A stretch of 64,000 bases of DNA from Candidatus Bathyarchaeota archaeon (GTDB lineage: Archaea; Thermoproteota; Bathyarchaeia; Bathyarchaeales; Bathycorpusculaceae), in NCBI GenBank assembly GCA_963770935.1, contig CAVYRJ010000008.1, forward strand, positions 96,001-160,000, written 5' to 3'. A program made the translations under genes and the position numbers. Shown piece after piece: positions 40,978 through 51,252 of this stretch (the first letter of the stretch is position 1; each line of letters starts with the position of its first letter). The notes beneath the pieces were generated by a model. That model was given only the letters and a program-made list of their open reading frames with translations. It ran no database searches and was not told where the DNA came from.

Positions 40978-41778
40978 TTAAGCGCCTATAACAAGCCTAA
41001 CCAACAACCATACAAAATCCCCAAGCACCAAGGCGACAACCAAACCTAAAGTAACAAAAATCAACATAGGCAACCCAGGCGTTGCCCAAACATAACCGTC
41101 TATTTTGCCTTCTTCAATAGCTTTGGATAAGCGTTCAACGACTTCGTCCCGCCCCTCATCATGAGGCACAATAGTAAGCTTGCGTTTTATGTTAACATCT
41201 TTGTCGTCGATATCTTCCATGGGAAAAATATGCCACTTCTCTTTAACCTTAGATACACTCATCTTGTAACCAGTAATAAGTACGAGAAACTTTTTCCCAA
41301 TCGACTCAGATACAAGGGAGCCTTGAAACATTTTAGTTTTAGTTTTTTTGTGCCAGAAAACATTGCGCAGTATCATGTATATGCCGCTTGCTGCTGCGAA
41401 CAGTACAGCATTACCGAATATTGTTATTGGAAAAATGAATTGTGATGTCGGTGATACTGCCTCAGCTATAAGAGGTGTAAATAATGCTAAAGGAGCAAAG
41501 GGCAAGGCAAGTGCGATGCACATGAGAGCTTTCGAGTCGGCGCCGCCAAAACCGCCAGCATAGAATAGCAAAAGCGCAAGTCCCGCTGTAATACCGAAGC
41601 TTAAACCGTAGAAGGGCAACTGGGAAGGCTCAAACAAAAGTAATTCGGCCAACGAAAGGGCGAGCGCTATGGGCGCATAGATTACCCAGACGCGATTGCT
41701 GACTTCACGGGTTTTGTGGTCTCTCCATGAAGCGTATGCCAATATGCCTAGGGAAACCGAAATGCTTGCCCCTGACAA
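40978..41778 (-). CDS. Prepilin/prearchaellin peptidase (A24; PibD/FlaK-like)
   Basis: ASW.D.KTREVSN..W, GFGGADSKAL, C-terminal VWATPGLPML; at the end of the pilus locus. Confidence 0.92.
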   Translation of the reverse strand: MSGASISVSLGILAYASWRDHKTREVSNRVWVIYAPIALALSLAELLLFEPSQLPFYGLSFGITAGLALLLFYAGGFGGADSKALMCIALALPFAPLALFTPLIAEAVSPTSQFIFPITIFGNAVLFAAASGIYMILRNVFWHKKTKTKMFQGSLVSESIGKKFLVLITGYKMSVSKVKEKWHIFPMEDIDDKDVNIKRKLTIVPHDEGRDEVVERLSKAIEEGKIDGYVWATPGLPMLIFVTLGLVVALVLGDFVWLLVRLVIGA

Positions 41779-41903
41779 GATTATTTGAAGTGTTTGAATA
41801 GATGATGCCCCTTTGGTTGTTGTTGCTTAGCTTGTTAATGGTTTTGTGCTAATAAGATTTTGTTAGTACCGCATCTTGCAATTAACGTAATCATTTTGGC
41901 GCG

Positions 41904-44900
41904 TTAGCTTTTTGCAGTCACCGTTATCGTAGGTGGATATTCAGCCAGTATCCATAGTCCCATAGGAGTGGTTCCGTCGTACAAACCACACACAGGTGTT
42001 GTTCCGTCAAAGGTTGCCACAGCACCCTGCCAAGTAATATCGTAGGCAGATGTAAATTGAACCTGAGAAGAACTTACTGGCAACAATTCAATCAATCCAC
42101 TGCTGGCTTTTATGGCGCCCTTAGAAGTGCTTGAGGCGAAAGAATCAAAAGCGTAAAGCTTCTGGTTAGCAGTATCTGCAAACATTATTCCTGCGCCTTT
42201 TCCATTGTCCGAAATTAATTGGCTGAAGTGATGTGCTGTCCAACCTTCGCTATTAGTGTTAAGATATGTTCCTGTTCCATTCTGGAGGATTGGGGATCCA
42301 GCTAGGGTGCTATTTTCTGTTTGTATCTGCGACTGTGGGTCAAGTTTGTTGTTAGTCGTATTGGGCATAAGTCGGTGATGGTGCGTGCCTGAACTGAGTT
42401 GATAAACATTATTCTTGTCTGGTAGGTGTAGTAAGTTGCGTTTGCTGGGAGAGTTAGGACTATGTTTGCGTAGATGTTTGGACAATTGTGCGCTCCTCCA
42501 TCGTCTGCAGGAGGATTAGTCTTGCCCCATTCTGCTTCTTGCTGAACAATATCTCGGACAACGCCATGATGGATCACGTACGATAATCCTGCGCCGTAAG
42601 TGCTGGCTTCAGTGTTTATGCGCATGAAAGTCGCTGTACTTGAGGTGCTTGTTCCTGTTACTGTTGATTTAACATTGAAACCTGCCAGGAATTGTAAAGT
42701 AACTTTTCCGTTAGTTAGAGTTTGGGTGCCTGTATTGTCGTTTGTGAAGTATGTGTTGGTGAATGCGAGTGGCGTCTGGGTTGCTGTGTCAGCTCCTTCC
42801 CACCATACCGTGAAATCGGTAACTTTGCTGGTTAAGAGGAAAACAATCATTTGGCGGTTGCCAAAAACTGTAGAGTTACTGGTTAACCCCAATGGGATTT
42901 GGTAGTTGGAAGCCCAATCTTCAATTTGGAAAGGAACCTCTTGGTTTACGCCGTTTATGGTTTGGTTTAGGTGGATTGCTTTAACAGGGATTGGGGGAAT
43001 GGGCAAGGTTTGGGTGGTTAGTTGCATGTTTTGACCAAGCCAACGCATTGTACCATTTTGTAGAATTTCAACGGTGACAGTGGATTCTTGAAGGTTGAGG
43101 AGAAAGCTAATGTCTGGTTCATCTTTTAGGTAAACAGAGTCAATATTCCAAGTGTCTGGCGTACCGTCGTTTGCTTCGTTACTTCCTATAAATCGGATGG
43201 TAAGGCTTGAGGAGTCTATGAACGATGCAAGGGAAACATTGTTGAAGTAATTGGGAACGAGCGTCATTAGATTTGACCAAGAACCATCCTTGCAAAACCT
43301 GGACAATCAGGGGCTCGGATCCCATTGCACCTGTTTTGATGCATAAATCCTGACGAATGTTAGTGGCATTAACGGTTAGCCATTGCTCCTGAAGATTAAC
43401 TGCGTAATTGGTAACATTTGGACTGTATTGTATTAAGTCCAGGTGGAGGTCGAAGGGACTTGTAGTAGACTTGACAGCTGTAACCATAACTTTCCAGTAA
43501 CCACTGCTGTTCAGATAGCTAGTTGGGCTAGTCAAAATTATCTGGGGATTTGTTGTATCACTAGTTCCCAACGTTGTAGTCATGTATCCATCTCCGCTTG
43601 TGGGGTATTGGCTTGTTGCCGAGTTGAAAAGTTGGAAAGTCGCAGATACACCACTGGTAGAGGCGGAACTATCTGTTGTCCAAGCAAGTTCATTCCACGG
43701 GAAAGGTATGTTGGAATTGCCAGTAAACTCAACTTGTGCATTGTATTGGTTTGCTGGAGAGTAAGTGCAGTAAATGCTATATGTTCGCTGACTACCTTGG
43801 TCAGATACTGTTGTCGGCCAGTTAGGGTAAGTACCGCTTCCTTCGAATCTTTGTGCTGAACCAGTATCACGGTAGATGTTCGCATTTGTGTCAGAAGACC
43901 AAACCATTAGGACATAATCAGTTGCTGCGGCCAATACGGGTTGCGAAATAAAGTTGAAAGTAACCCAGTTATCCATTGTGCCTAACGTTTTCTCTTCTGT
44001 TGTTCCAATTAAGCTGCTTCCAGTACTTGAGTAAACAGCTGCCTTTGCTTTGAATAGACTGTTGTAATTGCAGTATATAGAATACTGATTGGTATTCGTC
44101 TGCGGAGTTAAAGAAGATGGCCAGACACCATAGATTTGGCTGGTAACGTAGCGACCGTTTCCGCCTGATGAGCTGCTGTATCGAAGGATTGAGGTGCCGC
44201 TTCCAGTCTGGGACCACACAACTAAGATGTAGTTTGTTGACTCTGTTAATACAGGTGCAGATGAGAAGATGAAAGTTCTCCATGCAGGATTACTGCTTGC
44301 GGGTACAGTTTGTTCGTTTGATGAAGCCAAAAGGTTACCGTTGTTGTCGTAAATGGCAGCTTTCATGTTTTTAGCGCTCGTCGTACAAGCTATGTATGCC
44401 GCGATGCTTTGTACTGAAACAGGGTAGTTTGGAGTTGTGATCTGCTGCCCTCGAATAGAGTCAATTATGGAATCACCGTTGTTACCTGTGTTGGTGTTTC
44501 CGAGAGTGTTGGTTGCGGAAGTAAAACGTAAGTATGCACTTATGTTTGTTGCTAGACCTGATTGGCTGAGTGTAAATCTTGAGCCTCTGATACTGCTTAG
44601 TGATGTTGTGGCCCCCCCTTTTATTGTATAACCGAAATTGGCTGAGCCGCTAAAAGAAGACCCGTAAGAGCGGAAACTCATGTAAGAACCATCGTTAGCT
44701 TGCAGGCTATTTGTGGATCCACTTGCTAATGTCGTTGAATTATAAGTTTTATGATTTGTAGGGTAGCTGGGTACGAATGTTGTTCCGGAAGCTGTTTCTG
44801 TTAAAGTGTCGTAGACACCGTCTGGTCCATATTGTTGGGCAGTGAAGTTACTGTGGGTTCCAACTTCGTCTAAGTTGTTGTCCACGTAATAGAATCCTGT

Positions 44901-45659
44901 TTGGAATGAACTGGAGTTCCATGTTAGTTTGGCGTTGAACTGAGAATAAGATGATGCAATAACCATAAGCCCGCGGGTATCTTCCACTTGGATTACATAT
45001 GAACTGCTGTTAACTCCCTGTGGAAGATCAAGCAAGTATGTTCCATCGGCGTATGAGGCAATATTGTCTGGTTCTACCAATTCCCAATCTGAATAATTAT
45101 AGACATAACGGTATAGCTTCAAGTTGTTTTTTCCCAAATTAATTAAAGGTTGGTCATTGTCCATTAGAATTTTTAGTTGGGCTTGACTGGTTTGGTTAGC
45201 TTTCGATATTTCTACGTCTAATCGGGTTGATGTTGAGTAACTTGCGCCAGAGATGCCTAATCCTTCCAAGTTATAGGTGACAGTCATATTGCCTTGGCTG
45301 TAGCTTTTGTTTGAAAACCATTGGTTGTTTAGGTCTAGGCTGGTTAAGTTGATATCTACACCCCATTCTGGTCTGATGTCGCATGCCTGGTCTAAGCCAC
45401 TTTGAAGGTAGTTTCTAGCTAATTCATTAGCGTATGGTTGGTTTCCGGTTACTTTGAGAATCGAACCATAATATCCAACGGTGAAACCTAAAATTTCCTT
45501 AAGCCCTAAGTTGGTTTCGTCTACTGCACTTAAGATCTGAGGCTGTTGTTCAATAGGGTTATAACGAATCGCCGAGAAAGTGGCAATAGCTGAACCGACT
45601 AAGACTATGGCAACCAGCAATGCAGCGATAATTGAAAACGCACCCTTGTTGTTCAACAT
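41904..45659 (-). CDS. Large (~1250 aa) pilin-like adhesin with class III signal peptide, frameshifts at ~43290 and ~42340
   Basis: MLNNKG|AFSIIAALLVAIVLV leader; S/T/N-rich beta domains; continuous across ORFs 43179..45734, 42302..43306 and 41904..42485. Confidence 0.75.
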
Positions 45660-45660
45660 G

Positions 45661-46981
45661 TTAGTTGCCTCCAGCCATGCCCAATTGCAAAACTGCAATT
45701 CGGCTGGTTCCTGTTGCGTTGTATTCTGAAGCATAGACTCTGGGGTGGTAGTATGAGAGGAGACTTAGTCCTGTGATTCGAATGTCGGGTGTTCTAGTTA
45801 ATCCTAAAGCCAAGAAAGAGCCTGTAATTGTGTTTGTACCATGAGTGTAAAAAGTTCCTGGATAATAGTTTGAGATTGGATTTAGCACGTTTACTCCAAT
45901 TGAAAGATGATAAGTTGAGAGTATGGTGTTGGATAGCGCTCTTGTGGATGTCTGAGACACTGAAGGGTAAATCCCGTAATAATTGCATGCCTCTATTGCA
46001 GTTTGGCTAAGCGTTGACTGTCTTGTTGCGCTGTCAGAAACGGCGGTACCAGTAGAACTATAGCTTTGGTTATCTAAGCCTCTAAGAAATGCTATTGATC
46101 CTCCTCCCCCAGTTTGCTGCATCCCATAAATACCCCAGCCGTTTTGTCCATTTACGAACGCAGCAGTGTTGCTTACGTAGTAAAAGGGGTAACCAACAAT
46201 GCTGGCCCAAGTCCAGTTATACATGTTGACTCTTTGACCTAGAGTAATAGCTGTAGTAGGCGTAAGAGTTCTGGGAGTACGGTGATTGACAGTAATCCGA
46301 AGGTATTGGTACAGCTTCGCCGCAGGTGTTTATGACAACGGCGTTTTGAAGGTTTTCTCCATTTATCGACATTCCGTTCAGTATCTTTGCAAACTGTGAA
46401 GTATTTTGCACCATTATTGTGTTAACAAAAAACGGCGATAGAAGGTTAGAGAGGTCTTGCGCGAATGTGTGTGCAGTGTAGCCAGTGATCCACCAGCCAT
46501 TTGAGTCGCTGCAGTTTAAGATGTAGAGGGTTCCTCCGTTTTCCTGACCGATTTTTTCAGGTGTGAAGTGGAATGTGACGTTGGAGGAAGCTACTGTATA
46601 TGTGGAGACGTCAGTGGTGACTCCTAAGTCTTCAGCGTTTGAGATACTTGCTTTTTGATTGTAAAGGTCGCCTCCTACGTTTGTTTCGAGTGAATCCCCT
46701 TGATTCACGTCATAAATGGTTAGATTATAAAGAATATTTGGCGGAAGGGAAGCTGAGATTGCTATTTGAAGGCTATGTAGAACTGAAGGATTATCAGTTT
46801 CGAATACGGCTGTGCCTAAATCATAGTTCGAATCAAGCATCTGCAATGTCGTAAAGGATAAGCGCCGCAGGTTTATGGGCGAAACCTCTCGTGGCGGCGG
46901 TAATACAGTGAAATAGGATGTGGCTATGATTGCGCTAGCGATGATTATTACAACGAAAACAACTTCTAATGTTCGAATCAT
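45661..46981 (-). CDS. Pilin-like protein (~440 aa), frameshift at ~46235
   Basis: N-terminal MIRTLEVVFVVIII hydrophobic helix; ORFs 46217..46981 and 45661..46224 join; tightly coupled to neighbours. Confidence 0.7.
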
Positions 46982-48199
46982 TTAACCAGCCCCCTGATTG
47001 CTTTTTAGATTCCAGAGTGCAAGTGTTACTCCATAGGCAAAACCGCCTATCGTCGTTTGGCGAATGTCAGTTGCGACCCACTCTTGTCCTGTTGGGTTGG
47101 CACCAAATGTTACTGGAAAAGCCATTGAGCTCAAACCCCATGGCATTAAAACTATTCCAACATTGCCAGAAGTATCTTTGTAGGTTACTATTAGTATTCC
47201 TTCGTTATCAGGAACATTTGTTGAGGCATATTCAGGTGAGGCGCCTCCAACCGAACCAGTTGAACCTAACGGTATTTGACGAAGCGTGTTTTCATGAGTT
47301 AAGATTGCAAAGGATGCATTATAGTTCAACTTTAAATACGGAGGCGATTGCACTGGTTCGCCAACGGAATCACCGTGAGCAATCAGTATGCTTCTTTCTT
47401 CGAAGCTCTCGACAAGTGGAATTAAGCTTTTGGTGACTGAATCTGGCACATGGACATAGGAGCCAATTCCCTTAAGACCATAAAGATGAGAGTATACGAT
47501 AAAGGCATAAGACTGGGTTTCACCATTAACACTTGGAAAAGTCACTTGAGCTAAGCCTGTTTCGTCGGTGCTTGTTGTGCCGCTTATTATTGTTGTGGAG
47601 GGATATTCGTTTTGGTCTTGGTTGACTAAAAGAAGATTGTAATTTACCGATGCATCGGCAAGTGGGGAACTTGTACCGTCTACGTTTACATTCAATGTTA
47701 AGGGTGCTCCGATAGAAACTTTTGAGGTTGTGATAGTCAAGAGGGGTGATAGTGTAAGTTGGAATCCGTAAGTTCCATTTATTCCTAGCAGCTTAGAGAC
47801 TGTTGAATAATTGAGAACCTTTGTAGATGGAGAAAGAAAGTAACTACCGAAGCCTGTCGTTATATTGCTGTAGTAGGAATTAGTTTTAGAGTAATAAACC
47901 TGTGATTCAGGGGCGGAATTCAGCCGCATAAGCGAGAATGTGCTAAGCTTGTATTGAGGAAACTCTGGATCTTGCAATCCGAAGCAATCGGGTATGCTGT
48001 CTTTTTTTCCCCAATCCACGGGTAATCCCGGATTTAGCACTATTGTGTCTAAGAGGTCACTGGTTTTAGTCGACAACACTCTATGACGCTCGTAGCCAAT
48101 TGCTGTTTGCATGTTTTGACCGAAAAGACTGATGAAAAGCAGTATTGCAGCTATAAACACAGTGAGCGAAATCACATGATCAACAGAGGCACTTGCCAT
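46982..48199 (-). CDS. Pilin-like protein (405 aa)
   Basis: MASASVDHVISLTVFIAAILLF N-terminal helix; PG.P.DW...FGL and NY..V.KLLGI...YGFQL motifs seen in archaeal pilus-locus proteins. Confidence 0.7.
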   Translation of the reverse strand: MASASVDHVISLTVFIAAILLFISLFGQNMQTAIGYERHRVLSTKTSDLLDTIVLNPGLPVDWGKKDSIPDCFGLQDPEFPQYKLSTFSLMRLNSAPESQVYYSKTNSYYSNITTGFGSYFLSPSTKVLNYSTVSKLLGINGTYGFQLTLSPLLTITTSKVSIGAPLTLNVNVDGTSSPLADASVNYNLLLVNQDQNEYPSTTIISGTTSTDETGLAQVTFPSVNGETQSYAFIVYSHLYGLKGIGSYVHVPDSVTKSLIPLVESFEERSILIAHGDSVGEPVQSPPYLKLNYNASFAILTHENTLRQIPLGSTGSVGGASPEYASTNVPDNEGILIVTYKDTSGNVGIVLMPWGLSSMAFPVTFGANPTGQEWVATDIRQTTIGGFAYGVTLALWNLKSNQGAG

Positions 48200-48201
48200 T
48201 T

Positions 48202-48678
48202 TTAATTGGCGCCCCCTTCAAAGGAAAGATAAATAGAACCTGAGGACTCTGTTGCCGTAAGTGAAGTTACATCACTTCTAAAGACCGCGCCGTCCTGCCA
48301 AGCAGCATTGATCCCCAATGTTATAAGGCTGGATGCTTCACCGTTAGCGTCGATTAGTTTGAGAGTTATTTTCATTATTTTAGCAGATGAACTTGGGTTA
48401 CTGATGTCTTGCAAAGTGATGTTATAGAAGTGATTATCTATTGTAGGGGGCGTTTCAAGTTCAGCAGATAAATGATCATTTGGATTGGATGCTCGGTTCA
48501 TTGTGAAAAATAGTTGCTGTACGGTACTGCCCAAGTGTCCAGCTATCTCTTGAAGCTGAAGGCTTCGGTGTTCATCGACATAGATGTCCATGATTGCAGT
48601 TGCTGCATATGGAAAAAGAAAAATCTGGGCGATTAACACTGGAACCATAATCATGTATTCAATGGTTATGTGTGCCAT
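48202..48678 (-). CDS. Small minor pilin-like protein
   Basis: MAHITIEYMIMVPVLIAQIFLF (TIEY followed by a hydrophobic helix); P.TI....Y.I.L motif. Confidence 0.72.
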   Translation of the reverse strand: MAHITIEYMIMVPVLIAQIFLFPYAATAIMDIYVDEHRSLQLQEIAGHLGSTVQQLFFTMNRASNPNDHLSAELETPPTIDNHFYNITLQDISNPSSSAKIMKITLKLIDANGEASSLITLGINAAWQDGAVFRSDVTSLTATESSGSIYLSFEGGAN

Positions 48679-48689
48679 GTTACTCTCTC

Positions 48690-49530
48690 CTAAACCTGCC
48701 CTATCGTTACGAGAACGTTGCCAACGTAAAATTGAACGTAAGAGTTTGAATTCAGGAGAATTGTTTCAGTCAACTGTTCAAAATTGAAAAATGATGAATC
48801 GAAGCCCTCGTTCTCAAGAGTTTGATCAAAAGTTGCGGAAATTCTAACTTGGCTGACACTGGTTACAGGTACTTTTAAGATTCCGTTTCCGCGCATAGTT
48901 ATCGATTGGGACCTGTAGAGGTGAGTACCGTTTTCAAGGGCAGGCAAATAGAACTTGAAGGAATTAGTCTGTACTCAAGAATACTCTCATGTTGGGAACA
49001 ACGACTGTTCGAATATAACTTCCATCGCTCATGGGTAGTTTTTCTACGCATAACACTTGAGCTATTGGCGCTGAAGAACCTGACTGCACGAACGAACTGT
49101 TAGCATAATTTGGGACACGTTCAAAGTAATCGTTGCCTATCGAATATGAACCCACAGGCATGTTGTAGAGGATAATTCCTGTTGTTTCCAGATCAGGGTT
49201 AGATTTGTCCATCCTGAACTTGTATGTATTTGGAAAGTATAGTTAAGCACGTGCGTCTTGAAACTTTACGTTTCCTTACCTACATGAGTAGGAAATTGTT
49301 TGTGTACGACCAATCGTCCAAGCAATGTCATCAATTTGCTGCCCTGTTGTGTGCATGAATTGCTTGTTTGTGCTATATTCGTTTTGAGCCATCTTAAGGT
49401 TCAAGATGTTAGTTGCGTAACTCATAGCTACTAAAATCATAACGATGCCGGCTGCGGTTAGTATAACCGTTGAAATAGCTGGACTAGCTGCCCTCTTATC
49501 TTTTCGCAATCTTGAGTTACTTTTTCGCAT
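48690..49530 (-). CDS. Archaeal type IV pilin-like protein with class III signal peptide, split by frameshifts
   Basis: MRKSNSRLRKDKRA|ASPAISTVILTAAGIVMILVA leader; continues through ORFs 48964..49212 and 48690..48947. Confidence 0.75.
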
Positions 49531-49543
49531 TACTTAGCACTCC

Positions 49544-51250
49544 TTATCCTATTTTTACGAATTGCGGAATTACTTTGGCAGCGACAATTGAGATTACTAC
49601 CAGGATGGCTGCATGCTTGAAACCGGCGCCGATGGATTCTTCGCTAATTTTTCCTGCGACAATTCCAATTAGGAAACTGTTGAAGATAACAGATGACATG
49701 AAAACTATTGTCATCAAAGAGTTATTTGGCGCAATTGCAGGTTCTGCGCCTGGCACAGCTATTCCTGTGGTTAAACCCATCATCATAATAGTGGTTGCCA
49801 CCAGTAGAATCGAAGCTAAGTATGGCATGAACACGTAGGGCCGAACTGACATTTTCTTTTCTTTCTCAACTTCCTGCGTCAAATTGTTGAATCGGGCTAA
49901 CGACTCAATCATTGGAATTGTGCCGCCGCCTACGTCGATGGTTTCGACGAGTAGGAACATCACGATCTGCACCATCCAACTGCGTGTGCGACGGAGAAAA
50001 TCGGACATAACGTTTTTAATTGGTATGCCCCAGGAAATCTCGGAGCTAATTTTTCGAAGCTCTTTGGTGAAGGTTCCGTAATCTCTTTTTGACAGGCTTG
50101 TTATGCATTTTTCTGGGGATAATCCGGTTTTTCTTACTTCCGTTAGGTCTCGGAGGAAACTTGTTACTCCTTGCTCCATGCTGGATCTTGCTTTTGCTAA
50201 TCTCATGTAAACGATGGCCGGTGGGGCTGCAGAAATGAATAAGCCAACTGCTAATGCAACTGGTAAATCGACACCCCAAGCTATCAAGTTTGTGAAGATT
50301 GGAAGTTGTGTTGTTCCCATGAAGTTTGTGAGCAGTAGGAATACAACTATGGCTATTACGCTGGAGACGGCGAAGACTTTGTAGGGGCGCATGTCAACGA
50401 GTGGCGTTTTTGGCTGCATGCTGTGGGCTAAGTAGACAAAGAGCATGGAGAGCATTGGCGTGAAAATGTAAGTATAAAGAAGTATACCTGAGAACTGTGA
50501 TATGTCTGCGCTTACGTTGGCTCCGCCTTGTATGCCATTTACGGCGAAGAGTATGTAGAAGCACAGAGACATCATGACCATGACTATTATGAAGGTCTCA
50601 AGAAGCATTCCAAGACGTTCAGCAGCTGCTTTGACGCGTAGGGCGCGAGTTTTGAAAATGTCTTCTGCCTTGCGTTCAAGGAAGTGACCGATGTCACCGC
50701 CTATTATGACGGTTGAAGCGTATCCGCCAAGGAAATCTTTGAATATATCTAAAGGCGTCTTTTTTGAAGCATTATCCAGGGCTGTTAGTGGATCAACGCC
50801 GAAGATTTCTACGTCTTTTATTATGTCTCTTGCTTCTTTACTCATGGCGGGCATAAGGTTTACTTGGGTTAAGCGTTTGAAGCTGGTATAGGGAGCTATA
50901 CCTCCTGACGACATGACGCTGATGTAAGCCGCAGCGAAGGGCATTTCACGCTCTAAACTTGAGGATCTGTCGCTGGCGTTGTTCATAGGTATAACTATAA
51001 AGCCAGCCATAACGAAGAGGGGCAGGGGAACTAAGAGCAGAAGAGGAAGAAAACCGTACAGTAAAGCAATTACTCCTGAGATAACTGAAACAGGAACGGT
51101 CAACAAGGCAATGAAGAACATAAGCGAGACGTAGGTTTCAGGGAAAATTCTCACTCGTCCCTTTTCAAGGGAGACTTTAAATTGGGTAAATACTTTTCTT
51201 AAGAAATAAGGTGCGAATCGCCCGAAGAGGCGAAAGGAAAATGGCTTCAA
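49544..51250 (-). CDS. Type IV pilus platform protein (T2SS F / TadC / ArlJ-like, two T2SSF domains)
   Basis: EREMPFA..Y...M.SGG, G.D..TAL, FLRDL.E..KTGLSPEK, I.WG, I.VGGG, G.VAGK.SE....AG.KH. Confidence 0.92.
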   Translation of the reverse strand: MKPFSFRLFGRFAPYFLRKVFTQFKVSLEKGRVRIFPETYVSLMFFIALLTVPVSVISGVIALLYGFLPLLLLVPLPLFVMAGFIVIPMNNASDRSSSLEREMPFAAAYISVMSSGGIAPYTSFKRLTQVNLMPAMSKEARDIIKDVEIFGVDPLTALDNASKKTPLDIFKDFLGGYASTVIIGGDIGHFLERKAEDIFKTRALRVKAAAERLGMLLETFIIVMVMMSLCFYILFAVNGIQGGANVSADISQFSGILLYTYIFTPMLSMLFVYLAHSMQPKTPLVDMRPYKVFAVSSVIAIVVFLLLTNFMGTTQLPIFTNLIAWGVDLPVALAVGLFISAAPPAIVYMRLAKARSSMEQGVTSFLRDLTEVRKTGLSPEKCITSLSKRDYGTFTKELRKISSEISWGIPIKNVMSDFLRRTRSWMVQIVMFLLVETIDVGGGTIPMIESLARFNNLTQEVEKEKKMSVRPYVFMPYLASILLVATTIMMMGLTTGIAVPGAEPAIAPNNSLMTIVFMSSVIFNSFLIGIVAGKISEESIGAGFKHAAILVVISIVAAKVIPQFVKIG

Positions 51251-51252
51251 AT

